Part shown: piece after piece, positions 50,865 through 61,491 of the stretch
Layout: each line of letters begins with the position of its first letter
Numbering within the stretch: the stretch's first letter is position 1
Source: Candidatus Omnitrophica bacterium UBA6253
Lineage (GTDB): Bacteria > Omnitrophota > Gorgyraeia > Gygaellales > Profunditerraquicolaceae
Direction: 5' to 3'
NCBI GenBank assembly: GCA_002441245.1
Contig: DJVP01000008.1
Span: 170,540 to 234,539 of the forward strand
DNA length: 64,000 bases
Position numbers and translations under genes: made by a program
Notes under the pieces: model-generated
Seen by the model: only the letters and a program-made list of their open reading frames with translations
Told to the model about the DNA's origin: nothing
Database searches by the model: none

Positions 50865-52475
50865 ATGAAGTTTATGGATAATTACTTATTATTTTTAACG
50901 AAGGAAAAAGTCAGCATAAAAATATTATATTTAACCGTTGTCCTAATAATAGCTTTATTCCTGCGTTTGTACTGCATGGATTCTTTTAGTTTTTCCTATG
51001 ATGAAGCCAGCCATCTCGTAGATAACCGGTCAATATTTAGTATTGCTCCGCTTGATAAGTTTTTTGACGCTGGTTTTACGGTTAAAAACCACGATTTTTT
51101 AAAATTATATGATCATGGTTTCATTTATTACTGGAAAAAGATTGCCGGAGACTCAGAAAGGAATCTAAGGTTTTCTTCCCTGATTTTCTCGTTACTTAGC
51201 ATAATTTTAGTATATAAAATTGGCAAAAAGTATTTTTCCGAAAAGGCAGCCTGCATTGCAGTAGCTTTGATCGCGATATCCCCGTTCCACATCTATTACG
51301 CGCAAGAATTAAGGCCATATGCGGCAATAGGATTTATTTCCCTGGTTGCAATATATAGTTTTATAAAATATTTAAATCAGAGAAAAACGTCTTACCTTTG
51401 CATATATATAATTTCTAGCATTGCAAATATTTACGCTCATTTTGTAACCATTACTTTAACTTGCGCCATGGTTGTATATTTACTTATAGGCCTTAAAAGA
51501 TATAGGAGGCTCATTTCGCGCTTAATTCTGGCCCATGTTTTGATTTTAGCTTTAACATTGCCAGTCTGGATCATCATTGCCAATAACCTAAAATTGTTCT
51601 TATTATGCAATCTGGATAATTTTCGTATCGTTGAATATCCTATATGGTTGGAAAAGGTTCGCCCAGTCCATGTTTTCAATACACTTAAAAATATGAGTAT
51701 TGGTTATAATCTCGATTATAGTTCATTGACTGGGAAAATCGCAGCCATTGTATATTTCTTCCTTTTTTGCTTTGGTATTTTCAAGTATAGAGCAAAAGCG
51801 GAAGCCAGGATATTAGCAATGTGTTTCTTGGTACCGTTATTGCTGTTATTTATGATTTCTCAAATCAAAGCCTGTTATGTTGACAGGTATTTTTTCCCGG
51901 GGGCAATTATATATATATTGGGCGCAGCTATTGGCTTGAGCAAAATCAAAGGGAAGCTTTTGGTTTTTTTATTAGCTGCAATTATAGGCATCAATATAAT
52001 GGCTTTGAAAAATTATTATAATAATCTGTATCCCGACTCATTGGGCATTAACGAGCGTTTCGGAATCAGCGAGAAAACTGATATCAGGCCTTTGGTTAAT
52101 TATCTGGCCTCGAATTACAAGAGCGGCGATATAATTTTGCATACCTGGAAAGGCAATGTCTTTCCGCTGAGATATTATGTGCCGATTGCAGCAAATGATG
52201 CAGCATTGGAAGGTGCATGCAACCGGGGGTTAGTTATTGATTACGACCTGGCGAGTAATGAATTTTTCAGGCTGGAATACAATACCTTGCATCCATACGT
52301 CAACAGAATGGAGAAATTCCATATTGAAGATGTTGGTGGTAAATTAAACAGGGTGTGGGTGATTAAGTTCAATAAAGATGATTGGCTGATTGAATATTTG
52401 AAGAATAATAACTATGAACAAATGGACGATAGAATATTTAACAGGAACAAATTATATTATTTTATTAAAAAATAG
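50865..52475 (+). CDS. GT-C fold membrane glycosyltransferase (GT39/ArnT-like)
   Basis: Polytopic N-terminus with a DE motif in the first loop (SYDEASHLVD). About 150 aa soluble C-terminus. Confidence 0.65.
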   Translation: MKFMDNYLLFLTKEKVSIKILYLTVVLIIALFLRLYCMDSFSFSYDEASHLVDNRSIFSIAPLDKFFDAGFTVKNHDFLKLYDHGFIYYWKKIAGDSERNLRFSSLIFSLLSIILVYKIGKKYFSEKAACIAVALIAISPFHIYYAQELRPYAAIGFISLVAIYSFIKYLNQRKTSYLCIYIISSIANIYAHFVTITLTCAMVVYLLIGLKRYRRLISRLILAHVLILALTLPVWIIIANNLKLFLLCNLDNFRIVEYPIWLEKVRPVHVFNTLKNMSIGYNLDYSSLTGKIAAIVYFFLFCFGIFKYRAKAEARILAMCFLVPLLLLFMISQIKACYVDRYFFPGAIIYILGAAIGLSKIKGKLLVFLLAAIIGINIMALKNYYNNLYPDSLGINERFGISEKTDIRPLVNYLASNYKSGDIILHTWKGNVFPLRYYVPIAANDAALEGACNRGLVIDYDLASNEFFRLEYNTLHPYVNRMEKFHIEDVGGKLNRVWVIKFNKDDWLIEYLKNNNYEQMDDRIFNRNKLYYFIKK

Positions 52476-52497
52476 ACTGATGAAAATTAGGGGATAG

Positions 52498-53847
52498 ATG
52501 TTTAAGATTGATACGCATACCGTTATCCTTGGCGCTGGTTTTACAGGCTTAGTAATTGCGGATTTACTGACCAGAAAAGGGTATGATGTTATCCTGCTGG
52601 AAAAGGAATCCCTGCCGGGTGGGTTAAGCAGGACAATAGATTTTGATGGTTTTAGATTTGATTTGGGGGGGCATTGCCTTTATCTTAATGATAAGGAATA
52701 TTCTGAATATATCAAGTATATTCTTGGCGGCAGCAGTGATATTTTAATTCGCCATGACCGCAAGAGCAGTATATTTTTTGACGGGAAGCTATTAAGGTAC
52801 CCACCCAGTATCTTAGGGCTGTTTTCTTATAAGAAATCAGATATACTTGGTTTTCTGCTTGGATTTTTTGTAAATACAGCTAAAAACGGACCCAGTTTAG
52901 AGGAATGGTTGGTTTCACGAGTGGGGAAAGTTATCCATAATTTATATTTTAGGGATTACACCAAGAAAGTCTGGGGCTTACCGGCTAATCTTATTTCTGC
53001 GGACTGGGCAGAACAAAGGATCGGGAAAATTAATAAAATCAGCTTAGTAAAAAACTTATTTAAAGAAATGCGCAATAACAAGGAAAACTCCCGTACGTTT
53101 TATTATACTAAAAATGGCATAGGTAAAATTTGTGATGGGCTGGTGGATAGGCTATCCGGTAAAGCAAGCATCCTGTTTAACGCTAAAATTAATAAAATAG
53201 AGCATCATCAAAATAAGCTTAAGTATTTGAGATTTACTCAAGGCGAGGAAGAAAAGCATTTATATTTTAAGAATATTGTTTCAACTATACCGCTTATTCC
53301 TCTTTTGGATTATTTGCCACCTTGCAAAAAACCTTCCGTGCTTGATTTAAGAAATACCATACGTTACAGAGACCTGGTATTAGTATTTATGACTTTTAAC
53401 AAAAAAAGTATTTTAAATGAACATTGGGTCTATTTCCCGCAGGCCGATGTCCCATTTGCCAGGCTTAGCGAGCCTAAGAACTGGAGTCTTGGAATGGTTG
53501 AGCAGGATAAGACTTCTTTGTGCGTAGAATTATTCTGTAATTTTAATGATAGTCTTTGGAATAAGCAAGACAGCGAACTTGTTGATATGGTTATTGATTC
53601 GCTAGCCCAAAATTCCATAGTTACTAAAAATGAGCTAAGCAATGCACTTGTAATGCGCCTGCCTTTTGCCTACCCACTTTTATACCTGGGATATAGCGAT
53701 AATTTAAATAAAGTTACTGAATTTTTATCATATTTCAACAATCTTTATTTAGCCGGCAGAAATGGCACCCATTCTTATTATGACCTGAAAGAGTGCGTAG
53801 ATAGCTCTAAAAATACAGTCAACGATTTAATCAATAACGATCATTAA
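52498..53847 (+). CDS. FAD/NAD(P)-binding oxidoreductase (amine oxidase / protoporphyrinogen oxidase-like family)
   Basis: VILGAGFTGLVIADLL...VILLEKESLPGGLSRT, i.e. a dinucleotide-binding GxGxxG motif plus GG..RT. UDP-galactopyranose mutase-like function cannot be excluded. Confidence 0.7.
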   Translation: MFKIDTHTVILGAGFTGLVIADLLTRKGYDVILLEKESLPGGLSRTIDFDGFRFDLGGHCLYLNDKEYSEYIKYILGGSSDILIRHDRKSSIFFDGKLLRYPPSILGLFSYKKSDILGFLLGFFVNTAKNGPSLEEWLVSRVGKVIHNLYFRDYTKKVWGLPANLISADWAEQRIGKINKISLVKNLFKEMRNNKENSRTFYYTKNGIGKICDGLVDRLSGKASILFNAKINKIEHHQNKLKYLRFTQGEEEKHLYFKNIVSTIPLIPLLDYLPPCKKPSVLDLRNTIRYRDLVLVFMTFNKKSILNEHWVYFPQADVPFARLSEPKNWSLGMVEQDKTSLCVELFCNFNDSLWNKQDSELVDMVIDSLAQNSIVTKNELSNALVMRLPFAYPLLYLGYSDNLNKVTEFLSYFNNLYLAGRNGTHSYYDLKECVDSSKNTVNDLINNDH

Positions 53848-53848
53848 A

Positions 53849-55324
53849 ATGAAAATACTTTTCATATATCCCGGATATGAAAATCTGGGAATCGAATACC
53901 TATCATCGGCATTAATTAAAAATGGTCATCAAGCCTTTTTGATTTTTGATCCAGTTCTTTTTAACGAATGCGGAAGCATCAGGATACGTTTCCTGTCTTC
54001 TCTCCTGAATTATACAAAAACAATACTTAAAAGGATTGCACGTATTAATCCGGATCTCATTTGTTTTTCCTGCGTATCGGATAATTTCAAGTGGATGCTG
54101 GATATTGCCGGAAAAATTAAGGCTAATTTTGATATTCCGATTATAGCAGGCGGCATACATCCTACCTCAGTTCCTGACTTGGTAATCAATAACGATTTAA
54201 TAGATTATATTTGTGTCGGCGAAGGCGATGAAGCGATCGTGGAGTTAGCCAATAAAATGCAGATGGATAATGGCTGCCGTATAAAAAATATATGGTCTAA
54301 GAAAGAAGGAGTGGTTATTCCTAATGAAGTCAGGCCGTTGATTGAAAATTTAGACAGCTTGCCATTTCCGGATAAAGACCTGTATTATAAAGAATATAAA
54401 TTTTTCTCCCGAGGTTATCTTATTGCTACCTCAAGAGGGTGTCCTCATTCTTGTACATATTGTTCCAACAGCCTGTTGAGAGAAATCTATCGTGACAAAG
54501 GTAGGTATCTTCGGCGCAGGAGCGTAGGCAATGTGATAGAAGAGTTGGGCCGGGCAATTAAGAAATATAAACCAACCTATGTTCATTTTTGCGATGAAGT
54601 ATTTACGACCGACAAGATATGGTTGCGGGAATTCGTTGATTTATATAAAAAAAATATAAATTTGCCATTTGCCTGTTATTCATCACCCTTGTTTATAGAC
54701 GAACAAACAGCCGGCCTTCTTGAGGAGGGCGGATGCTATAAGCTTCAAATAGGCGTGCAGACTTTAAATGAAAATACGAGAAGAAATTTATTGAATCGAT
54801 GGTATACTAACCAGGAAATTGAGCAAACCATCAAAATCGCCAAGAAAAATAAAATCTATCTGACCTGTGATAATATTTTAGGCTTACCGGGAGAGTCCGA
54901 GCAAGATTTACTCGAAATGGCAAAATTTTATAATTTAAATATGCCGAACCATATAGAAATTTTTTGGCTAAGGTATTACCCTCGGACTGCGATAGCAGAT
55001 AAGATTTTTAATCCCGCTATACTGAAAAATAGCGGTCCGCAGAAGCCGGAACTTGACATCAAGCCCCGCGGTATCGCTACCGGGGGGGACACTTACAGGA
55101 AGGAACTTGCTAAGTTTCACTTTTTATTTGCGATCTTCCCTTTGTTGCCGGAGGGTATTCGCCGAGTTATCCTGAATAAAAGATTATACCGGTTTTTTCC
55201 GTCCCTAAAACCAATTTGGGTAATTTTATTATTTAAGTATTTAAATAAGGCAAGGTTTGATTTATTCACGGACTCGACCATGTCGCGGTATATTTTCTTC
55301 TGTAGAAAATTATTTAAACTCTGA
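53849..55324 (+). CDS. class B (B12-binding) radical SAM protein
   Basis: N-terminus MKILFIYPGYENLGIEYLSSAL. rSAM motif SRGCPHSCTYCSNS. Confidence 0.8.
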   Translation: MKILFIYPGYENLGIEYLSSALIKNGHQAFLIFDPVLFNECGSIRIRFLSSLLNYTKTILKRIARINPDLICFSCVSDNFKWMLDIAGKIKANFDIPIIAGGIHPTSVPDLVINNDLIDYICVGEGDEAIVELANKMQMDNGCRIKNIWSKKEGVVIPNEVRPLIENLDSLPFPDKDLYYKEYKFFSRGYLIATSRGCPHSCTYCSNSLLREIYRDKGRYLRRRSVGNVIEELGRAIKKYKPTYVHFCDEVFTTDKIWLREFVDLYKKNINLPFACYSSPLFIDEQTAGLLEEGGCYKLQIGVQTLNENTRRNLLNRWYTNQEIEQTIKIAKKNKIYLTCDNILGLPGESEQDLLEMAKFYNLNMPNHIEIFWLRYYPRTAIADKIFNPAILKNSGPQKPELDIKPRGIATGGDTYRKELAKFHFLFAIFPLLPEGIRRVILNKRLYRFFPSLKPIWVILLFKYLNKARFDLFTDSTMSRYIFFCRKLFKL

Positions 55325-55353
55325 TGCAATGAAATATTATCGGGCCGCCAGGT

Positions 55354-56235
55354 ATGCATAAAATTAATCTTTTAAATATTAAATGCCCATTGTGCGGGAT
55401 TTCGCAAACAAAGGAATATATTTTTGTGAAGGATATGACTGTTTATAAATGCATCAATTGCAAAATGATGTTTCAGGATGCGTTACACCTGCCTGCCTCG
55501 GGAGATAAATGCAGCGAAACATTCTATAGCTTAGAACAGGCAGCAATTGAGCTTAAAACTGCAATTGAGAATGAGAGGATGCGTATAATACAGGGGCATA
55601 TTAACCGTGATATAAAGGGGATGAGGATACTTGAAATTGGTTCAGGATTAGGGGTTCTTGGTAACATGCTTAAGGGTAGACAGGCTGAATATCTGGGTAT
55701 TGAGCCATCGGTCTCTCTTTATAATGCATCTATCCGGAATTTTCCTTATCTAGAAAGCAATATAAAAAATACCTATTTTGAAGAAGCCCGCATTGATAAA
55801 GATTATTTTGATCTTATTCTAATGGTTGATGTCCTGGAGCATATACCAGACCCGGTTGGCTATATTAAAAATGTCAGGCAGCATCTCAGGAATGGAGGTA
55901 TTTTATATATAGAGATTCCTAATGAAGATCTTCTGCAGTTAAAAGGATGGGTAAGAAGAAAATTGGATTTTTATTTTGGTTATCCCACTCACCCGTTGCA
56001 TGTCAGCCTTTTTACTAAAAATACGCTCAGCATATTATTAAGGAGTTCGGGATTCAGGCCCGTTTTTGTTTCTCAGAATTCAATTCTCGGAAATAAATCG
56101 CGGATGAAGTATTTATTGAAAAAAAGATACTCTTTGTTTGTAGATATTTTATGCAATCTTTTCAATTTCTCAAAGCTAGATTTAATTCTACAGCAGGGCA
56201 ATTTAATAGGCATAGGGTTGAGAGATGGTTTATAA
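55354..56235 (+). CDS. class I SAM-dependent methyltransferase with N-terminal Cys4 zinc-ribbon
   Basis: N-terminal CPLCG...CINCK. Motif I ILEIGSGLGVLG. Motif DVLEHIPDP. Confidence 0.75.
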   Translation: MHKINLLNIKCPLCGISQTKEYIFVKDMTVYKCINCKMMFQDALHLPASGDKCSETFYSLEQAAIELKTAIENERMRIIQGHINRDIKGMRILEIGSGLGVLGNMLKGRQAEYLGIEPSVSLYNASIRNFPYLESNIKNTYFEEARIDKDYFDLILMVDVLEHIPDPVGYIKNVRQHLRNGGILYIEIPNEDLLQLKGWVRRKLDFYFGYPTHPLHVSLFTKNTLSILLRSSGFRPVFVSQNSILGNKSRMKYLLKKRYSLFVDILCNLFNFSKLDLILQQGNLIGIGLRDGL

Positions 56236-58015
56236 ATACAAATTTCTATATAAAACTTGTTTAATCCTGTTGGTTTTGTTCAGCCTGTATATTTGCTTTT
56301 GGAAGTTAGGGGTTTCCAGTTTTTATGATTTGAATGAGGCTTATCTTGTTCAATTAAGCAAAGATTTTTCAGAAAACATAAATTTAGCCAATCCGGCCGG
56401 TAGCGCAACCTTTGCTCGCCTTTACGATCCCCTGCCGGTTTTTTTAACTAACTTATCATTTAAAATATTCGGCGAATCGGAGTCTTCAGCGAGATTCTTC
56501 CCGGCATTCTTTGGCTTCCTAACTATTTTACTAACTTTTATATTTGCAAAATCTATATACAGAAATAAAACCGTTGCCTTATTCTGCGCGTTTATACTTG
56601 TCACAAGCTATCAATTTATTTTTAACCGGGGTATCAGGTCTGCGGATGGGTATGCGATACCTGTTTTCTTTATGTTAACTTTCATATTTTTAATATGGAG
56701 AAGCCGCCAAGATGTGAAGTTTTTTTACTTATCAGCAATTCCTCTGGGGCTTTTAGGCTTATCTATAACCTTTGGTTTAATTTTTATATTAGGCTTGTTT
56801 ATTATTTTATTATTTCAGTCTTTGGATAGGAGATTCTTTGGTTTGAAACAATGGGGGATATGGCTATTGTTATTAATAGTAACTATAAGCCCTTGGATAG
56901 CATATCTGTTAATAAGTAAGCAGTATCTGAATTATTTTAATTTTTATTTCAATTTTATTGTATCCAATATTGCCCGGATAAAGATATTCGGCTTGGGGTT
57001 CCTGCAGGAATTTATTTCATTGGATAAATTTGATTTAGCCGCCTCCGATCATTATAATCCTTTAATACTTTGGAATGTGCTAAAATTCGGATTGTTCCCC
57101 TGGAGTATTATGCTTATACCTTCCTTTGTGTTTTTATTTATACGTTTATTCAAAACAAAAGAATACCCTCCGGCAGACAAATTAATTTTTTCCTGGATAC
57201 TGCCGACAATCATAATGATTATGGCAATTACGATATTTACCAGGTCATGGTGGATAAATATTCTATGTCCCGCTTTGGCAATAGTGGTAGGTAAATTTAT
57301 TTATGATTTTGTTTGGGGTTTTCGTAAAAATACTGCTATTTCATTTCTTTTATCCTCATGGTTTATTGCAATGCTCATAGTAACTCAGCCATTGCAGTTA
57401 CATCAGGTTGGGTATAATCCTGTCCCTTGGATGGAAAGCGGTTTGATATCAGGCAGCCTGCGATACAATGTCAGCAACCCCATATTCTGGATTTTTTGTT
57501 TAACTGTTGTTATATTCCTGATGCAGATAAGTTTTAAAAGATTAAATATGAAGTTCGCTAATAAATATATTTTTGTGCAAATATCAGCTGCGCTTTTTTT
57601 TGTAGTTTCCCTTGTTAATATTATCTATTTAGTTAATAATTCTCAAAATAAATCAGAAATGGATACTATTGGGAGCCTGATAAATAATGAGAAGGCTATA
57701 GCGCCAGGCAAAAAACTTATTTTATATAATATCGCTCTTTTGGGAGGTGCCTCTAGGTTAACTCCAGAGTTAAAAGAGCGTTGGAGTGATTACTATTATT
57801 TGAATAAGATAGGTATGCCCAAAGAGAAGATTAATGAAAATCTCCCGTTGATCCTTGAGTTGTTTAACAGCCACAAAGAAGATATCTGCTTGATGAAAAG
57901 AGAGGATTTCAATAATTTAATAAAGTTGAGGCAAAAAGAAGAAATGAAAATAAGTATTATCTGGATTGGTAATGAGTACGTGCTTTTAAATATGAACAGT
58001 AAATTAGCTATATAA
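56225..58015 (+). CDS. GT-C fold membrane glycosyltransferase (GT39/ArnT-like)
   Basis: Polytopic N-terminal region with an acidic first loop (YDLNEAY). More than 12 TM helices. About 150 aa soluble C-terminus. Confidence 0.65.
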   Translation: MVYKYKFLYKTCLILLVLFSLYICFWKLGVSSFYDLNEAYLVQLSKDFSENINLANPAGSATFARLYDPLPVFLTNLSFKIFGESESSARFFPAFFGFLTILLTFIFAKSIYRNKTVALFCAFILVTSYQFIFNRGIRSADGYAIPVFFMLTFIFLIWRSRQDVKFFYLSAIPLGLLGLSITFGLIFILGLFIILLFQSLDRRFFGLKQWGIWLLLLIVTISPWIAYLLISKQYLNYFNFYFNFIVSNIARIKIFGLGFLQEFISLDKFDLAASDHYNPLILWNVLKFGLFPWSIMLIPSFVFLFIRLFKTKEYPPADKLIFSWILPTIIMIMAITIFTRSWWINILCPALAIVVGKFIYDFVWGFRKNTAISFLLSSWFIAMLIVTQPLQLHQVGYNPVPWMESGLISGSLRYNVSNPIFWIFCLTVVIFLMQISFKRLNMKFANKYIFVQISAALFFVVSLVNIIYLVNNSQNKSEMDTIGSLINNEKAIAPGKKLILYNIALLGGASRLTPELKERWSDYYYLNKIGMPKEKINENLPLILELFNSHKEDICLMKREDFNNLIKLRQKEEMKISIIWIGNEYVLLNMNSKLAI

Positions 58016-59403
58016 TGTTTGTATCTTCGCCGGTTATTTTTATAAACCCTCCGGGGCCAGCTAATCTTTACAGGAGCATGGTATGTGCTTTTGTTTCAAA
58101 GGCTAAATATATCTGGCAGCCTCATGATTTTATTAATCTGAGCGCCCAGATACCCGCAGAATACAAACTTAGATTAATAGATTGCAGTATAAATAATTAT
58201 GAAGCTGATTATGTTTTTGATGAAATAGGCATTTCGCACCCAGGTTTATGTGTAGCTGCTATCTCTAGTATTTTATTTAATGAAGACCTGATTTTTCTTA
58301 AAAAGCTCAAATCAAGATTTCCGGGTCTAAAATTACTGGTAATCGGCAATATCCTGCTGGAGAAATATTTCAGGAAGCAGGTTTTGGAGTATGCCGATGG
58401 TTTGATTTTGAATTCTCTGGATGTAGATCTGTGCTCATATATAAAAAATGGTACGACTAATTCGAAAAACTTGATACTTAAAGACGGATCTCCCGGTGAT
58501 TCCGGCGGATCTAATGACAAGGTTTCGCTAAAGAAGGTCTCTATCGGTATCCCGAGGCATTCCTTATTTTTAAATAAGCGGTATCGTTTCCCGTTTGCAA
58601 AATCATATTTGTATAGCGCGGTTACTACTCAATTCGGATGCCCTTTTCAGTGTGCTTATTGCTCATGGGCAAAGATTCCGGTATCGTACAGGGATTATAC
58701 AGAGGTTCTCGAAGAGTTGAAATTAGCGACAAGCTTAGGCATAAAAAACATTTTTTTTACTGACCCCAGTTTTGGGTTCCCAAAGAAGAATGCCTTTGCG
58801 CTTGCAGAGGGTATTATAAAAATAAAATTGGGTATTAAGTGGTCTTGTTATGCAAATCCGTTATTATTAGATAAAGAGTTCTTAAGTTTAATGAAAAAGG
58901 CAGGGTGTCACACATTAATTACTGGCATAGATGATGGTGATTTTGATATGTTGCGCCAGGAGTTCAATAGGGATGTGCCTGAAGCAAAAATAATAGAGTT
59001 TTGCAATATTTGCCATGATCTAGGCATGCAGGTTTGTGGAGATTTTATTATCGGCCTTAACCAAGCCAATGAATCTTGTCAGCGCATTATTAATATTGCC
59101 AAAAAACTCGATTTAGATTATGCGTCTTTTAATATATTTTCTATCCTGGTTGGTTCTCTGGTAAGGGAAAAGCTGATAAAAGAATGCAAGTTTAGCCCCT
59201 GCGGTGCGAGCCTTGACCCCAGCGGCAATAGCGGGCAAATAGACAAGAGACTGGTCCATTTGAGGAATTTAGCCGTGAGAAAATTCTATATGCGGCCAAG
59301 ATACCTTTTAAAACGTATGATGAAAATAAAAAGTTTTAACGAATTTGTGATACAATTTGAGGAGATGATAGGGCTTTTCAGCAAACTAAGGAATGTTAAA
59401 TGA
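58015..59403 (+). CDS. radical SAM protein with degenerate B12-binding-like N-terminal domain
   Basis: rSAM motif QFGCPFQCAYCSWA. N-terminal Rossmann-like region of about 200 aa. TAATG overlap with the upstream gene. Confidence 0.7.
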   Translation: MFVSSPVIFINPPGPANLYRSMVCAFVSKAKYIWQPHDFINLSAQIPAEYKLRLIDCSINNYEADYVFDEIGISHPGLCVAAISSILFNEDLIFLKKLKSRFPGLKLLVIGNILLEKYFRKQVLEYADGLILNSLDVDLCSYIKNGTTNSKNLILKDGSPGDSGGSNDKVSLKKVSIGIPRHSLFLNKRYRFPFAKSYLYSAVTTQFGCPFQCAYCSWAKIPVSYRDYTEVLEELKLATSLGIKNIFFTDPSFGFPKKNAFALAEGIIKIKLGIKWSCYANPLLLDKEFLSLMKKAGCHTLITGIDDGDFDMLRQEFNRDVPEAKIIEFCNICHDLGMQVCGDFIIGLNQANESCQRIINIAKKLDLDYASFNIFSILVGSLVREKLIKECKFSPCGASLDPSGNSGQIDKRLVHLRNLAVRKFYMRPRYLLKRMMKIKSFNEFVIQFEEMIGLFSKLRNVK

Positions 59404-60455
59404 GGCCTGATAAACAGCTAAAACAATGGATATTTGCCGCTAGGATATTCGGTAAAGGGCTTACTTGGCACGATTATTTAAAAATAACCAGGTATATATT
59501 TTTAAAACGTATTTTGCAAAAAAATATTCCCGTCTCAGCGGTTTTTGCTATTACATACAGATGCCAATGCAACTGCGTGCATTGTTCGGTAGGGGCATAT
59601 AAAAGCAAACCGGATGAGGAATTGACTACCCGGGAAATCAAGAATGCCATTAATGCATTATCCAAATTATGGATATTCAAGATTACGTTTTTTGGAGGGG
59701 AGCCTTTGTTGAGGGAAGACCTGTTTGAATTATTGAATTATGCCGGTTCGCTTAGAATGCGCGTTTCGATAGATACTAATGGTTTAGCCTTAACCCCTGA
59801 GGTTGTTAAGAAGTTAAAATTGGCCAAAATAGCGAATGTGAATATAAGTTTGGATAGTCCTGACCCGGATATTCATGATAAGCTAAGAGGGGTGCCCGGA
59901 TGTTTTGAGCGGGCAATCAGCGGTATTAAGCTTTGCGTAGCAGCAGGCATTCCCTGTCTAGTATCGACTTATGCCTCGAAAAGGGCTATAGCTAACGGTG
60001 ATATGAAGAAGTTAATCAGCCTTTCCCGGTCACTTGGCGCCTCCGGAGTTAAAATCCTTTTGCCTATTATTTCTGGTAAATGGCTTGGGAGCATGGAAGA
60101 GAAACTTTCTTTGCAGGAAGAAGAGGAGGTCAGGAAGTTACTTGATCCTTTGTTCGTCTACATAGAGGATGCCTTGTCAATGCTGCGAAACTCATCAAAG
60201 AGATGCTCAAGTTTAGATAAGAACTTTTTTTATATATCTCCATTCGGAGATATACAGCTCTGCCCTGCCGTACCGTTATCCTTTGGCAATATAAGGCATC
60301 ACGATCTCAGCAGCATTGTAAAAAAAATGTGGGCTCATCCGACAAGCAATATAAAGTGCGAGGGCTGTTTAATCAACAATAAAGTATTCCGGGACAGGTA
60401 CTTTTCTAAAATAACCGAGAAAAATAACCTACCAATTTCCGCATATGAGGCTTAA
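59400..60455 (+). CDS. radical SAM protein with C-terminal auxiliary cluster (SPASM/twitch-like), Cys-rich triad CQCNCVHC
   Basis: ITYRCQCNCVHCSVG, FGGEPLL, C-terminal CPAV...CEGC. Confidence 0.75.
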   Translation: MRPDKQLKQWIFAARIFGKGLTWHDYLKITRYIFLKRILQKNIPVSAVFAITYRCQCNCVHCSVGAYKSKPDEELTTREIKNAINALSKLWIFKITFFGGEPLLREDLFELLNYAGSLRMRVSIDTNGLALTPEVVKKLKLAKIANVNISLDSPDPDIHDKLRGVPGCFERAISGIKLCVAAGIPCLVSTYASKRAIANGDMKKLISLSRSLGASGVKILLPIISGKWLGSMEEKLSLQEEEEVRKLLDPLFVYIEDALSMLRNSSKRCSSLDKNFFYISPFGDIQLCPAVPLSFGNIRHHDLSSIVKKMWAHPTSNIKCEGCLINNKVFRDRYFSKITEKNNLPISAYEA

Positions 60456-61476
60456 AAGTTACATAGAGCATCAATTCCTAATGTTAAAGATCTTTTTATC
60501 GGTATCGCCTCTGTCTTTATATCCCAGAATTATAATCAACGTGATAAAAAACGATATTTTGCGTTTATATTCTCCTTCTTCCGCAGTAATTGGCCTTACC
60601 TATTTATGCCAGTGTCAATGCGTTCATTGCTCGGCATCTTTATACAAGAAAGATACTAGAGGAGAATTGACTTTAGCAGAAATTAAAAAACTTTTAGATG
60701 AAATTAAAAGCCTTGGGGTGCCGCGCATAAATTTAAGCGGGGGAGAGGCTTTATTAAGAAAGGATATCTTCCAGATAATAAAATATGCCCGTAATAAATT
60801 TGTGACTGTCCTGGAAACTAACGGTCAACTTTTAGACGAAGAAAAGGCTGTGGAGCTGAAGGCCGAAGGTATTTCATGCGTAGCCGTGAGCATAGATAGT
60901 CATAAGCCAGAAATTCATGACAAGTTGAGAAACCTGGGAGGCTGTTTTAAAAAAGCCATAAGGGGAATATCTTATTGCTTAAGAAATAAAGTACCATGCT
61001 TGATTTCTACTTATATCACATCCGAGAGAAATAATCCTGACGATATTAATGGCATGATGGCTTTAGCCGGAGAGCTTAAGGTTTTAGCGGTAAGGATTAT
61101 CCCGCCAAGGCCGGTAGGCAGTTTTTCTTGCCATACAAGTTCCTTGTTAAGCAGTGGACAGGAGCAGTGTTTAACAAGAGACATAAACCATAGAATAGCG
61201 TATTTTAAAGGGATCCCCGCGCCCAAAAATTGCGGGATATTTACTAAGTCGACATTTTATATTTCACCTTATGGTGAAGTTCAGCCCTGTGCGTTCCTGC
61301 CTTTATCCTTCGGCAATATTAGAAGACGGCCTTTACGGGTAATATTAAATGAAATGTGGGACCATGAGATATTTAACTTTCCGGATAGAAATTGTCTTAT
61401 ATTGAATAAAGAGTTTCGTAAAAGATATATCCCGGAAGAAAAGAACAGTTTATTTCCCATCGAAATTGTTAAATAA
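60445..61476 (+). CDS. radical SAM protein, paralog of the 59400 gene
   Basis: LTYLCQCQCVHCSAS, SGGEALL, C-terminal CAFLPLSFGNI. Confidence 0.75.
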   Translation: MRLKSYIEHQFLMLKIFLSVSPLSLYPRIIINVIKNDILRLYSPSSAVIGLTYLCQCQCVHCSASLYKKDTRGELTLAEIKKLLDEIKSLGVPRINLSGGEALLRKDIFQIIKYARNKFVTVLETNGQLLDEEKAVELKAEGISCVAVSIDSHKPEIHDKLRNLGGCFKKAIRGISYCLRNKVPCLISTYITSERNNPDDINGMMALAGELKVLAVRIIPPRPVGSFSCHTSSLLSSGQEQCLTRDINHRIAYFKGIPAPKNCGIFTKSTFYISPYGEVQPCAFLPLSFGNIRRRPLRVILNEMWDHEIFNFPDRNCLILNKEFRKRYIPEEKNSLFPIEIVK

Positions 61477-61491
61477 GGGCAAAGTATAATC

